Positions 25,810-39,599 of a stretch of 64,000 nucleotides of DNA are shown here, piece by piece. Within the stretch, counting starts at the first letter, position 1; the number at the start of each line of letters is the position of its first letter. The position numbers were made by a program, and so were the translations under genes. The notes beneath the pieces were generated by a model, which saw nothing but the letters and a program-made list of their open reading frames with translations, was not told the DNA's origin and made no database searches. Origin of the DNA: Haliotis cracherodii (taxonomy: Eukaryota); assembly GCF_022045235.1 (NCBI RefSeq), contig NW_027266330.1, positions 26,164,001 through 26,228,000 on the forward strand. The letters run 5' to 3'.

Positions 25810-26051
25810 TTCGCTGTGGAGAGTTGCATCCCTTGGGCACGCCAGAAACCTATGATTGTGGGTTTGAATCCCGGTTCGCCCCAATTATGTTTCTAGGTTT
25901 GTCAGCACCATAACCGTGCTCGTGGGTTTCACCGAAGTGGTAAACGTCTGAGACCTGCATCACTTCGGGCTTTTCCTCCCATATTAAGCTCACACGCCAT
26001 GATATAACTGTAAAACTGTTAAAAGCGGCGTTAAACCCAACTCACTCACTC
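25810..26051 (+). mobile_element. SINE family C, 5'-truncated
   Basis: Family C body, B box and (CTCA)n tail. Confidence 0.9.
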
Positions 26052-26397
26052 AGTACAATACATACTACAGCTGTACATCAAATGCTGTGGATGCTTTCAG
26101 TTGTTGTTCAACTGGGAAGGAGACTTGGCTTAAATGGTGATGGGTTGATGGATGATCCTTTTTTTGAGAAGATTGTTTGTAATAGGCATGTAAAGTAACC
26201 TTTTAGCGTGACATAATTAAGCCAAGAAAAAGGGAAAAAAATGTCCAGGTATTTCACAAGGAAAGATAAGCCACATTTGCTGTACCCTGATAACAGGAGG
26301 TATTGTCATGTATGTTCAGCACAAGGGATGTGCGTCTTATCATAGGGAGGGGAGGGGACGTGGGTGTGCCGTGTGAGATAGACAAGCATGTTACATA

Positions 26398-26662
26398 CCG
26401 CATTTCCTCTATTAGACGCCGGCCTCTAATAAAAGCTGGGTCAATTGTTCAGTGCAAAAATAGAAGCCGGGTCGATCAATTGAGATATATCTACGGATAT
26501 CTACGAACACAAAATAGTTCCATTTCGTGACGATTCGGGACTTTCGCGGTCATAGTGAAATGGGGGTATTAATAGAAGCCGGGACTCCAATAGACGCCGG
26601 GACTCCAATAGACGCTTGTCCGAAATAAACAGAAGCCCGGGTGTCTATTAGAGGAAATACGG
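26398..26662. mobile_element. Tc1/mariner-pogo-type MITE, second family
   Basis: TIRs CCGCATTTCCTCTATTAGACGCC and GGTGTCTATTAGAGGAAATACGG, TA flanks, internal AATAGA(A/C)GCCGGG repeats. Confidence 0.88.
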
Positions 26663-28239
26663 TACACGTGCGGCACAGGCAAGGGTGTTATGTCTTGAAA
26701 TGGGTAGGCATGTGCTGTGTGCAGTCATGTTTTCTACCCATATCACCTCTCCCTACCACCTGCCTAGAAACAATATGGCCAATACTGGTAGGGGGTTTGA
26801 GGAACCATGCTTGTATGGCCAGGAGACAGCTCTCAAAAATTCAAGTTGATTATTTGTGAGATACCTCATGTGGACATACTTTAGGATTTATGATACAAAG
26901 GAATTATTTTGACACTAATTTACCTCAAGGGGAAGCATACCCTATATATTTCTTGTTTATGTGTGATTTTGTAATTGTGCACACTTCAGAAGCTGGTGAC
27001 AGAAAAAGGCTTATGTTCTAGGTCTCATTATTCGTTGCGAATAATCAGTTGATTTTAACAATTAGAAAAAGTTGAAATAAAAGACAGAAGCCCTGAGGTT
27101 CCAGAAATCCTTTTACAAGGCTATTAACAAATCAGCTGCTGAATACAAGAACAACATTGGAGTCTGTGATTGCACATTTCCAATCTTCATGTCCGTGTTT
27201 GTTCAAATGACATTTCTACCTGAGTGATCGTCATGCCACGTTCCAAAATGAAGTCACTCTGATTGAGCCAGGACAATAGCAAGGCTTAATGTAAGAATAA
27301 CACAACCATATTAAATTGGAATTAAAGGTGAGATTAAACATGTCTGAACACCTCTGTACAACAAGCAACAGCCATAATTACCCTTGGTCATTTAACTGAC
27401 CGCTCATTGTTAATCACGGTTGTTGGTATAAGGCCTTGTAGACATAGGTAAGTAGGTCTCAATTGAAGTGCAACTGGCCTAATGACCATTTAGGGGATTA
27501 AAGGCATTAAAGGATTATCAGTCTGTGAGCTACTGTAGCTGTGTTGCGGTGTTGTTACACCAGTTAGGGGCAATTGTTATGTCTAGTACTTAGACTGGGG
27601 ATGCTTCAGTGAGCAGCTCTGTTATGTTTACACTGAGGTTGAGTGTTGATTACAAGGGAGTATGAGTGACACATGTACCTTGTTAGCAAGTAGAAACTGT
27701 CAACAAAGTTGGACACTGATTGTTACTACAATTTATTGTAAGCTGCTTGATAATAAATGATACATTTTATATCCTCTGGTAGTGAATATGGAGTTTAATC
27801 ATCTAACTCATGGCAGTGTATTCAATCGGACCAAAATGAAAGTTTTGGTAAGAGGCATTTATCAATAATATCTTTTTAAATATTCATCAAAGGTTGTGGT
27901 TTTAAAAAAATCATACAAATATCATGTAATCAGTTTTTAATATGTGCTTGGTCAAATTAATAGATTGAGAAAACATGACAAATTGCAAGATAATCGTATC
28001 CATCTGTTGCTAAATACTGCACTATTCAAGTCATCGTTACCAACACTGTAATTTGGACAGTCAAATTATCTTGTCAGTTCTGTTCATGACAGCTCATCAT
28101 TAAAGAAAGTGTTGCAAACACTAGCTCACAGTTAGTTCACCTAACACAGGATTCACTGCTGGAGGCTAGTGCTAACACCTTTGCAATAGATGCCAGGCAG
28201 AGAGAGTCCTGTCCATTGAGCTGTGTGTGTCCAGTAGCT

Positions 28240-28400
28240 GATCCCTCATTGGCTGGGAGCCACTGCCTCAGCCGGCTGCTTACACAGTGAGAGAGAGAGA
28301 GAGGACTACGCTTAGCTGTACAACAGCGGGTCTAACTAAGCCAGGTCAGTCTGGAGCTGTCAAACTTCACCGACTCCACATGTGCAAGTGAGAGAGAGAG
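28240..28400 (+). promoter_or_regulatory. Candidate internal promoter for the alternative first exon
   Basis: Reverse NF-Y box CTCATTGGCT (ATTGG at 28248-28252), (GA)n runs at 28289-28303 and 28390-28400, INR-like TCAGTC at 28346-28351, locally raised GC. Lies ~600-700 nt upstream of ATG 28973. Confidence 0.4.
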
Positions 28401-28972
28401 GAAGGACGGGAAGAACATTGTAGGAGTGTAAACACAACCCGGTGTATGTTCTCTCTATCATTTCGGAGTCTACTGCAGTTGCATCATTTCATTCATGATG
28501 TTTGTTACATGACAGTGGGGATTGTGTTGATGTACAGCCAGCAGTCATGTTGAATGGCTGATTATTGGTAGTTCTGTGTTTACATCAGCAACAGTCATAT
28601 CGATATCGATGTGGGGCTATTGATGATGGATGTGCATATTCATGGTGCTGTTGAATAATTCCGTTCTTCTCCCTGAATAAATAATTCCCATCAAGGACAA
28701 GGTTCCAGATCAGAGCAGCACCTGATCAGAGCGCACTCGGGAACAACAGTTCAGTAGACATCAGCACTTTTGTACGGGTGTCATACATGGAATAGCGGAT
28801 GCAATAGATTGTTGTGTGAGGTCACAGGACGGCAGTGATGAATCAGAAGGAAATATTGCTGCAAGTTTGTTTCCATTTCCCTGAGACCTAACATTTGTGA
28901 CATCCATTTCCTTTTGTGGAGGAAATTTTAAACTTTCTCATATTGACTTTTTGTGCCACTCCAACATCAACC

Positions 28973-29050
28973 ATGGTTCTGCTAGAAGAGGAAGATGACC
29001 TCTTTTACTATTACCGCATTGTGGATAATTACTATTATATGCTAGTCGAG
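28973..29050 (+). CDS. MAP4K4: Candidate alternative first coding exon of the msn/MAP4K4-like gene (MVLLEEEDDLFYYYRIVDNYYYMLVE)
   Basis: ATG in ACCATGG Kozak context with an in-frame stop upstream at 28898. Exactly 26 codons end at a consensus GAG|GTAAGT donor. Phase 0 matches the phase-0 start of exon 58858. No homology support. Confidence 0.6.
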
Positions 29051-32000
29051 GTAAGTGTCAATTTCATGTAATTAACATGCTATTAACATGTTAAGTATGT
29101 ATCCATGTCAATTGCTCATTGCTATCTTGATATATAGATCTATGTAAGTAGTATACAATGAGAGCATTATTTGCCAGGTCATAGAAGTTAATATGGAAAG
29201 TTAATATTGGTGATTATCGCTGAATTCATAATCGATGATTTTTGTTGTAACAATACCCTAGATGTAAATTTGTTGGTACAAAATGGCAAGGATCAACAGT
29301 CTGGTTCCTGGTACATGGACTGAATTAGGAAGCTGTGTAGCTCTCAGCTAATTGTACCAGGCTCTCAGAACCTGTCAAGATGTTCTCAACTATCTACACG
29401 CTTTTGGCTGGTATCAGATGGTTCTGGTTAGTGCTCTCTTCATGGCTGCCTATTTCACGTGTCAGAAAGCTTTTATATAGGTACATGTATACATACGACT
29501 ATGCGATACCTCTATGGTTCTGTCGACAACCAGTACACCTGGACACGCGTATATTTGTTTAGTGATAGATCCTTGATTGACCATTTACACTATGGTAGGC
29601 GGGGCCCAGGGCATGGCACTGATCGTCACTCATTTCACTCTGCTTATTTCATGAATGTTATTTATTTCCCCGACTCGGATGTCCGTTTCTCTTTTTTTGC
29701 TTTGATAAAGTGTCAGGCGTGACTGGGAGTCAATGTTTGATTCTAGGTATGGGTTGCTCATTTCATGTCATTTATTTCATGAATGCTCCACGTTTCCATG
29801 ACTCATATGTCAATTTCCCTCCCCACTTTGATAGATTGTCTATGTATGATGGACGTACATGCTTGATTCTCTGCATGGGCTGTTTACTCCAAGGTGTCAG
29901 TTTCTTTGATTTGGATGACATATCAGGGCAGGGCACATACCTCGTCAAGCTCATTTTATGTTTTCTTATCTCGGAGGCCATTTAGTATCCAATGAGTGTC
30001 ACATATCTGGAAATGTTGCTTTTTGAATCACCTCCTGTCACATATCACTTGCTGGTGTTCTGTTCCGTTCACGAATGTTATTTCTATTTGATACAGATAC
30101 TATTGTCAGAACAAATAGCTACACATGTTAATGACAGTTTTGTGGTTCTGCTACGGGGTGTAAAACAGACGTAGCATGATTTTAACTCTCCGAGTCTCAG
30201 AGGTTTTACATTAATGGGTTAAATAAAACAAACAGACCCCAGTGCCTCTTCACTTTTTTTTCTACATTTTTTAAGTAAAGTTTGTTTAGAAGATTGAGTT
30301 ACATTTGGATGTCAAACATTTTATTTTACATCAAAGGATAAATTTCATTTTACTCGTCTAGTGGGCTTGGAAGACAGATTGCCATCAGTGCACTTGGTCA
30401 AGACAAATTTGTGTCTGTTTCCTACCCTTACAGAACAATGTATGTGAATAATATTCCTGATAACCAGTAAGATTACAGAGCTACAGCAAGATTAGTCATT
30501 GCTCTACATCTTCATTACAATCTGTTTCAAGTCTTTTAAAAAAAGTGTCATATGCTGTAGCCTGTGTACTATTTAAAGCTCACAGTCCATGTGCTGTAGA
30601 TTTTCGCACAATCAGCTTCACCCCCTCGTATATTTCCCTGCTCTGTGGGGGAGTTAGGTCACTGACTGGTGCTAGACCTCAGCTGTGGCTTCAGTGTTTG
30701 ATCTCGAGTGTTTAACTATTTCACTGCCAACAAAAACTTGTCATTTACATGGAGGCCTCATAAATGGTTTTAATAGGCTATGGAGGAGACATACATTGGC
30801 GTTTTTCTCGCACGATCAGTTTTATTGTAAAAGAAATATGACCTGATGAATGTGCGTGACATGAATTTCATGAATCGTTTGTTTTTCTTAGAAACCTGTT
30901 TTATCATGCAGAGGTTTGTGAATAAAGGTTTTTAATAAAGCCTCCTAAATAGGAGTGTGAAGCATATTTGTTTGATACTTTTGAATCAAAGAATCTATCT
31001 TGTATAGTATTTCTATGTGAATATTTATGAACTATGTTTTGCATGTGACTGTTTCACATCTTTTTCAAAGACTTAAAATAGACACTATGCGATATTTGAT
31101 ATCATTCCTTCCCTACAACAACACTAGCATAAAATCTCCAATTACAACACAATTATTTCAACATACCTTTGAGCTCTTTCTCACAGTAAATAGCACAAGC
31201 ATGTTTACTTTACACGATATCTAAATAAAAGGCAAACAAGGTATCACTACCTATGCCCCCTGGCACGGCCAGTCATCCTCACTGACCAGTACTATGTCCC
31301 TCAGGCATGTCCAGCCGCCATGACTGACCAGGTCTGATATTACTATTGACAGTCAGGTGGGAAATTCCATGATCACTGGAGCCAGACTATGGATTCCTCA
31401 GTATATCACATGTGCATCCAGTGTCTTTGTCTCTCTGTCATTTGCGCATAACATCATTTGGCTGTCTATATTCTGCTATCTCCTATGAATACCCAATCTT
31501 CTAAGGACCAACCTTAATTTCACTCAAGCCCTTTCAAATGTGAAATTCTCGACTCAGTTTATGTTTGCATTGACAATGGTGTTGCTTTGAGGATTTTTGG
31601 AAATTTGTCTATAACATGAAATCCATTATATCTTTTGTAACATGTTTCTTTGAAGATGGTTGAGACTTCCCTAATTTATTATTTATTTCAAGCTAGATTC
31701 AGGATCCACTGTGACTATCCTTGATTGTGTTGTCTGCATGACAAGATGTTCCCTTTGATTATTCTTTACTGAAGTAGAAAAAGGAAATGTATTCATTGTG
31801 TAATCTTCACCAACACAATGCTTCAGTGCTGTACAATCTTCTGTGTGGAGTTGGTTTATGTCTTCAGAATCATGGCAGAATTGTCCCAGGCATCAAGATC
31901 AATTTTCCTGCGTCCACATTTGTATAGCAAACAAGTGCTGTTGCCAATCAATAGCAACATCACAGAGCTGTTTCTTGCTCCATAAAACATTGATTCGTTA

Positions 32001-32837
32001 TATTATGGTTATGATTTTCCATAATTGATGAAATCAGTATTTTCATCAAAATCACTGGGCGCATAATTTTATTACAATTCCACAATTTTCCCTCTCCCAG
32101 TCATTATCTATGTTGCTAAGAAACTAAAATGTTTATTGCTACAAACAATTTCCTGTCTAATATACAAAGGTGAAGCACGCGATGTGTGATGAACTTGGTA
32201 AATTATTGACCAGTTATGATAGCTCGTTTCTCTGAGCAGGTGCCCTACATTCATATTCCTTGACCAGTGAAACAAGATGTCGACCCAAACAAGACTGGCT
32301 ATTGAAAATTACAAGTGTTTTTTTCACAAGGCTATATTCCCATAAGCCGTCCCCAAAATCAATAATTATGATAATAGCTGGCGCTCCCTTCTCACCCAGT
32401 TGATGTGGGGGAATGCGGCAGCGCACAAAAGATTGTGCATTAATCCCAAGGATGGCTTCATTTCCATCAGCGAATTTTCTGATTAGTGTACATTGACTGT
32501 TAGTGGCGTTGTTTGGCGAGAAAGCTGAACTGATCACTGTCTTGTTGTACTCAATGAGGGCATCCCGATACCCCACGAATCTATTGTTACTAATCCATGG
32601 TCGGGGTTTGTTTATTTGTTGTGTTGACATTGACATTTTGAAAATACATGTGACCTCTAGGGTCATGCAGACTTGCAGCTAATAGCATTCAGGGTTGGTT
32701 CTATGCATGCATGTACTCTGGTACATGATTGGCAGAGGTATGTGGTGTTATTGACACTTAAGAATGTCGATTACATGTCATTTATCATTATCCTTGAGCT
32801 TAGGTGAAATGTAGAATGGGTTGTAAGGGAAGACCTG

Positions 32838-32944
32838 GGCCCTGTTCCACAAAGCGATCTTAGTGCTACGTTGATCGTAAGCCTATGGTAAAGTATGGTA
32901 GTTACGACCAACTTAGCACTAAGGTCGCTTTGTGGAACAGGGCC
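32838..32944. mobile_element. 107-bp palindromic Harbinger-like MITE
   Basis: TIR GGCCCTGTTCCACAAAGCGA with 3-bp TSD CTG/CTG. Confidence 0.9.
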
Positions 32945-34183
32945 CTGGCTGAATGAACTAACTATCCAGGCTGTGTTTGTTCGGCTTGTTTTTGCCACAG
33001 ACAGTGTTCATCTAAAGCCATGAACTTACATGTTGTGCTGCCAATGAAGAGAGTACGTAAACCTCATTTAGCTAACATGTGATTCCAGGGTATCCTCCTG
33101 TTACTGCCAAGAACAATTATTAGATTATGCAGTGGAGGGGTCAGATTGGGTGCTTTTATAGTAAACGGTTGTAAACGTGTCTTGAAATCCCCTTTACAAC
33201 TTGAAATTATAACAGGTAGTTTCCTTATTTTACACATAACAAGTTTCTTTCTGGGGGGAAAAAATGAATTAAATATCATTAACATATTGAGTTTCATGAA
33301 TGGTGTGGAAATATTTCTGTTTTTTTTTATCATTGTAGTGAATACGGCTTCTCAATATCAACAGTGCCTTAAAAGTAGTTCCACAAACTATGCTGTCCTT
33401 TTACCAGAGAATCCTCCTAGGAATTATGTAGTGTACATCAAAGTTTGAAGAACATCCATTTGGATAAAACATGCAGCTGACAAATGACATTTACATCCGT
33501 AATGGATAAATACGATGTGGTTATGACCCACCGGAAACAATGATATGGTAATAGGTCAAATGACACGCATCCCAATCTTTGGAGTCAAAGATGGAATCAA
33601 ACCATCAATTTTGCCGCGACACCAATGCCGTCATAGCTTGTTTGTGCACTTCAGTGCCTCAAAGTCTCGCCTCTTTCAAACTGGGAATAGGGCAGCAATG
33701 GTTAATACACAAGCACCACGTTCCTAAACTCCATGTGTCTTTTTGATCCCCCACCTGACAAGCCATAACTCCTAGCCAAAGCCACGTAATGTCTTACAGG
33801 ATTATCTCTTTGTGGCCTTGAATAATAGAGAAACACAAAACCTTGGTGTAACTTTCAGCAGATTTCAGCTTGCTTGATGAATACATCTGTACATTTGTGG
33901 TGGCTGATAATATTGTCCCTTTGTCAACTTTTTACAGCATAGCCCTTCCAGGGAGAAAAGAGTTGGTTGAGGCCCAGAATGTTGTTGAATTGAGATTTAA
34001 GCGAAGTCTTGCCTTAATGCGTAAATGGGTTCTGTGCTGGACTTGCTCAGAGGAGGCAGACACCTTGCTGGATGCTTGGGTGTGTGTAACAAGAAGAATA
34101 GTTTCCAATATATATTTAGGTCTTTCACACTTAATTGAACAAAATGCACCCCCAAATTGTGACATGTTTTTGGAAACTCAGAA

Positions 34184-34419
34184 TGAGGTATCCGGTGCCG
34201 GATCCTTGGACACCCAGATTGAGGTATCCGGTGAGGTATCCGGTGCCGGATACCCGGATTCCAGGTGACATACTTTCAGGTGAGGTGTACATGCCGGATA
34301 CCACGGATCTGGTATCCGGCATGGTATCTGCCACCGGATACCCGGACGCGTTTTGGGTAAGTGTCCGGAGGTATCCGGCAGGTATCCGGATATCGGAAAC
34401 TGCATTTTTTTTTACTGTG
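34184..34419. mobile_element. End of a CACTA/EnSpm-like element with many GGTATCCGG subterminal repeats
   Basis: About ten GTATCCGG/CCGGATAC motifs in both orientations. Terminus reverse complement reads CACAGTAAAAAAAAATGCAG. The other end was not found. Confidence 0.65.
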
Positions 34420-37400
34420 ATGTCTAGTCATGTAGGTGATATATCCCCATTGGGTGACTAATGTTTATTCTCTATGGACATTGCATTTACGCTGTGAAGG
34501 AAATACAAATTTGATCTTAGTGGAATATCGACACAAATAACATAAAGTTGTTGTCAGCCACCTTGTTTTGTGAGGTGTTTTGAAAAAGGAGTTAAGGATA
34601 TGAAACGGAATCTGTCTATTTTTCCAATTTTGAATTGATTACATGACAGCAGTAAAGTGAATATGAAGAGGAAAACCATCCAGTAAGGTATATTAACCAA
34701 TTGTGAATATCCAGACAGCTAGTATTACAATATTGAGCAAACAGAAATTGGCCATCAAACAATTTGATTGTCTTTGTTCGAGGTGCATTCTCACACAAGT
34801 AGGCTGATATTCTAAGACCTCTAGCCCAGTGTTTAAAGATAAAATCCTCTTGTGTTGTAAGTGGTCATTCTGAGTTTACAGTGTTCTAGCGGTCAGCCAA
34901 GATGAATCGTGTTTGGGCACGTGGCTTTGTCAAGTGACCGGTGGCCTTGGTACAGCCAGCTGTCCAGTAAGGCAGTGATGGGAGGAGCGGACGGATACCT
35001 GGGAAGGTTTTAAGTTTCACCAGGTGGAAGTTGAAAGTTGTTGACGTGAGGAATTAGCCTTGTGTGTCGTATCCTAATTAGGGTGATTACGATGACTCGG
35101 TTTCCTTAGCTTGGGGGACTTGCCTTTCAAATGCAGACATTCTCTTCACACCTTGATGTCAATTCAGTATTGAATTTTGTCAATTTCATGGGAAATGACA
35201 GGCCCTCATCTAACATTCAAATTTGCCTTCAATTCGTGTAAACATTTGAAATTGAGTAAATATTGCTGTTAAACAAGATCATCAGCATTCAACAATTGAT
35301 TTTGAAATCATAGTTACTGGTCCTATGAAGTCTATTCAGACTCATGTCCATTGTTTAGTGTCAGTGTCCTCTTGGCTAAAAATGTCATGTTTTTCACACA
35401 GCTATTTCCATACAATGTGGCTGCTATCAGAATACGGTCTTATATCAACCTGCCTGTTAAACACACATCACCAGCATTGAATGACAAAGGCCACTTGGAG
35501 CATGTGTAACACTTAAAATTCGTTTTTATACTTCTTGAACCGAAACACAAGGTTACATGGCGTTATTTACACCAGTGCACGTGTAATCTCCCACAGAGTA
35601 ATGTGCTTCAACAGCCAGCTTGTCTATCACACAGGGTTGGTTATAGGCTTCAGCTGGAACTTTCGCAGCTCTCTCTATCTGCGCTAATAACAAGACATTG
35701 ATGTATTTTCAGCCGTATGAAACTGGGAATATTTATTAAAGTGTGTGTACCTTAAAGATCAATGTGATAGAAGAAAGAAGAAGAAGAAGAATATTTATTG
35801 TACAAAAACACCCATAGGGGGCAGGGTACAAAACATGAACATGACTGATAAGATTCACAAATGATCCACTGCCTATAAGAGTGATCCTTGTGAAAGTGGA
35901 AGTCTTGTATACATCTAGGGACATTGGTGAATGTTGTTACAGGTAGGCTGGTGATTAGTACGGTTGTCCACGTTTGCTCACAGCTGTCATGAAATCCGGT
36001 GTGCTTCATTTCTCTTTTCTGTGTTTTTATTGTGGCTTTATTCTTTCTTTGATAAACATGGCCATCTGTTGTTTCACGAGTAAACATTGGCTTTGGCCTC
36101 ACTTGAGATATCACCTGCTGCCATGAAAGCAATAAGATTGTGCAGAAAATGTTCATAATTTGCTTTTGTTTCACAAGTAATATGTTGCATACAATCAATG
36201 ATCTCAAGTGGTAAAGGGATTTTCCTGAAACATGGCCAACATTTAGAATTTTTTTATTTTTATTTTGCATTTAAGTTATTTAGGGAACAGACATAATTTT
36301 TTTTGTAATGAGAACAATAATTCATATCCATGTCAAAGCATGTCCGAAGAGGCTAAGTTCTGCAGAAACAACACACAAGAAAACCCTTAGGTTATGACAG
36401 TTACTCTTGAAAAGGTTTAATAATGATGTGTATTTGTGTCAGTTCCCAGCATATTAGCATGATGATGTAAGACCTATATGATGTGGATTGCTGCCATTCA
36501 TGTGTCCATCATCAGTAGATTATCATTGAAATGGATCATTAAGAAGTCAATGCGGAGGTATTCAAGCCGTGATCCATAACTGCCTTCCCTTCTCAATCAG
36601 TTTGTATTTGACATGTGCAAAATAAGGATTTTAATGAGTTATAGATTTCTCAAAATGAAATGAAAATCCAAGGAAAATTGATTACTTGGTGTTTTCAATT
36701 TCATGTCAAAAGGGGATTTTCAGTTTTCAAATGAAATTGGATTGCTCGAGCTAATTTGGAAAGCGTTGATAACTTTTTATCTGCATCTTCTCAAGTTTAT
36801 TATTTTCTCAAATACAATCACAGCTGCATTAACGAGATTTCAACAACACTTGTCTGTTTCACACATGGATTTGTCTATTTTGAAATCGACAACCTCGCCC
36901 ATATCATAAGAGCTTTTGAGTTCATTCACATAAGTTAGGCTTTTGAAAGGACTCTGAGAAATTGATGCTTTTTGTGTGCATCTGTCTGGTGTGTCAGAAT
37001 GCATATTTAGACACCTATCAACTTGGAGTATCAAAGCCTATGAATTAGTTCAAAAAGGAAGCATAATAATCTGGTCAATATTCATGGACACGAAGAAGTC
37101 ATAACACATACTTTGGTGTTTTGGGTTTAATGATTTGTATTTTAATGCATATTCATTACTAAAACCTTCAAAAACTGACTTGTGAAAGTTAATTTGTTCT
37201 GTACGCATGTGAGGAGTCTACGCATGAACACTGAACAGACATCAGAAATGGACATCGTATCCACAAGTCCACTGTTGACATGAATCGGCTGTCATAACAC
37301 TAGCAGACAAGTCGGAAGCAGGAAAATCATCAACCCGCAGTCAGTGTCAATCATATAGTCCTTGCCCTTTACCAGTATTGAACTTTCATGACTTTCGCTT

Positions 37401-39599
37401 GATTTTCTCATATGACTTTTCAGGATTTTTTGGCATGAGGTTTACAGTGTTAGCAATCAGCTGTTTGTCGTTAGTGGTAATGTTCAAGGCGTGATGAATT
37501 TCCCACCAAGGAGAGTGTGATGCAGGAAATGAGTGATGTAACGACAGTAATAACCTATTCCCCCAGTTACAGGCAGCTTTGTGGCTTGTTGTCTTTAGCA
37601 ATGGGGGATATATGTGAAATTAACTGTAATAACGACAACATAATTACATTTGATAGACCGAGTTCATCAGAAGATTAAAGAACAATTAGTGGTATATCAT
37701 AATATAACATTTATACTGTTTTCCTATAATAATATATTATCATAGGAAAACTTAGTATAAATGTTATATCATGATAGGTATATTACATGTCAGACATGCT
37801 TGTTTAAAGAAACCTTTGTGTTTTGTTTAATATTTGGCATTATTATGCAGTGTATTATAAGTATAAGTTACATTTGTTGTTGTTTTCAGTTATTTCAACA
37901 TCTGAATTTCATCATAGTTTTGTGCGTTTTTGAGTCTATGTCACTCTCTTTGTTCAAGAATTTGCAGTTTTGTCCTTGCATATGTAGGCTGTGAATGTCA
38001 TCAACAGCTTCCTCAATTATATAGAAAACATCAATCATTTGGAAATAAGATAAATACATGATGTTAGCTGGGCCAAATATGGCTGCTTATTCAAAAGTGA
38101 ATTTTAGAACAATTTTTTTTTTTTTTTATGGAAATCAATTTAGTTCCTATGGCAATTATTCTGACCAAACGCAAATAGATAATGAATTTTGTTCAAACTC
38201 ATTTAAACATTTGACAGATTCCTGACAAAGGTGGGCTGTGATTTATGTCGTTTGTTAAATCCTTTTGCCTCCAGATGGCAGATGGGTGAAATTGGCCACA
38301 ACAGGTGAAAATAATGCCCATTTATCAAATCAGGGAGCGTAAAATTGGAACATCAGGACACGGTTAAAATAAATGTCAACTTCAGTTTCTGAGCTGGAAA
38401 GATTAAATCAGGGGAAAAGAAGAAAATAATTACAGCATCATTCTTAGACCTTTGTAGAAGTGTAACCCCTGTTTAAAACAGATAGCCACAAGGAAGATAT
38501 CATCTGTCAGTGTCTTTGTGAAAGCTTAGTATGAGATACGGACAATAGTGAGATGTCGCTGGAGAAGTGTAGATGTTATCCTTTTGAAAAACCTCGGAAG
38601 TTGTTTCCGTTCTCATGCTGGCTTGTGGTGTCCTTTTTACGAAATATGTGTCTGAATGTTAAAGGATGATCACATCTAATACCATAATACCGTGCTTCGC
38701 CCTGGTCGACCTGATCTTTGACCTGCAAGGATTATTGTATGTTTCTAGATGTTAAAGGGCATTAGGATTCATTTCATATCTAGGTTGATCATGTGGTTAC
38801 ATTTGTGCCTCGGTGGTTGAAGCTGTGGTTTTCCTTGCAATTGCAAATGTTCTTATGAAGCTTTTGTTCCAAATTTGAGGTTTTGCAATTTTGCCAGATA
38901 TGGCTTCAAAAAGGGATTGATATTGACATAACATCACAGCAGTCGTTATTGTTTTTTCAAGTTTGATATATGTTATACTGGCATAATCGTTTTTGCAACT
39001 TTGTAATACAATAATACAATATGTGTTTGATTCCTCACAGTTTATTACTGAGTCATTAAGTCTTACTTAAAGTTGCCAGTAAAATACATAAGAAACATTA
39101 TCACTAAAGTAAGCTTTAATGTGACAGGATTTTAATACCGTAAGTAGCTGTTTATACTTCAACAGCATATAATATTACTGTGTGTACTCTCTTAAACAGA
39201 AACGAAAGACAACACCTTTTGTAAGTCACATAACAGATTCATTTTGGTGATGAATAATGACTAGATGTTAACATGGGTCACAATCAAATTAAGTGCAGAA
39301 AATATTTTGATGATGTTAATGAACTCCATCCAATATCTTGCCGTTTGCCATCAATCCAAGTTTGTAACTGGAGCGGCTTTGTTAATTTTGTGTACAATCT
39401 TGCTCTGCAGTGTCCCTCAAGATATATGACCACCACATGAGGGTGATCAGCACTGCCCATGGGCTATCCCACTCTGACAAATGAGGCTTTCTTGTCAGAG
39501 TACTCGCATATTCGCCTGTCATCAGAGGCTGATATATGGACCCATGTGCATTGATTGTGTCACTGTTGCAAATGCCATTGCTTTTTTGAAATATGGATA

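Noticed and set aside
27433-27453. 6-nt ACATAG between AG and GTAAGT as a poison microexon
   Set aside because: No polypyrimidine tract; isolated GTAAGT hexamers are expected by chance in 58 kb.
33870-34461. Overlapping ORFs with RYPV/SG repeats
   Set aside because: Artefact of GGTATCCGG subterminal repeats in a transposon end.
39259-39281. TGACTAGA (miR-279/996 seed-like) matches here and near 60489
   Set aside because: Only the seed matches and there is no precursor hairpin.
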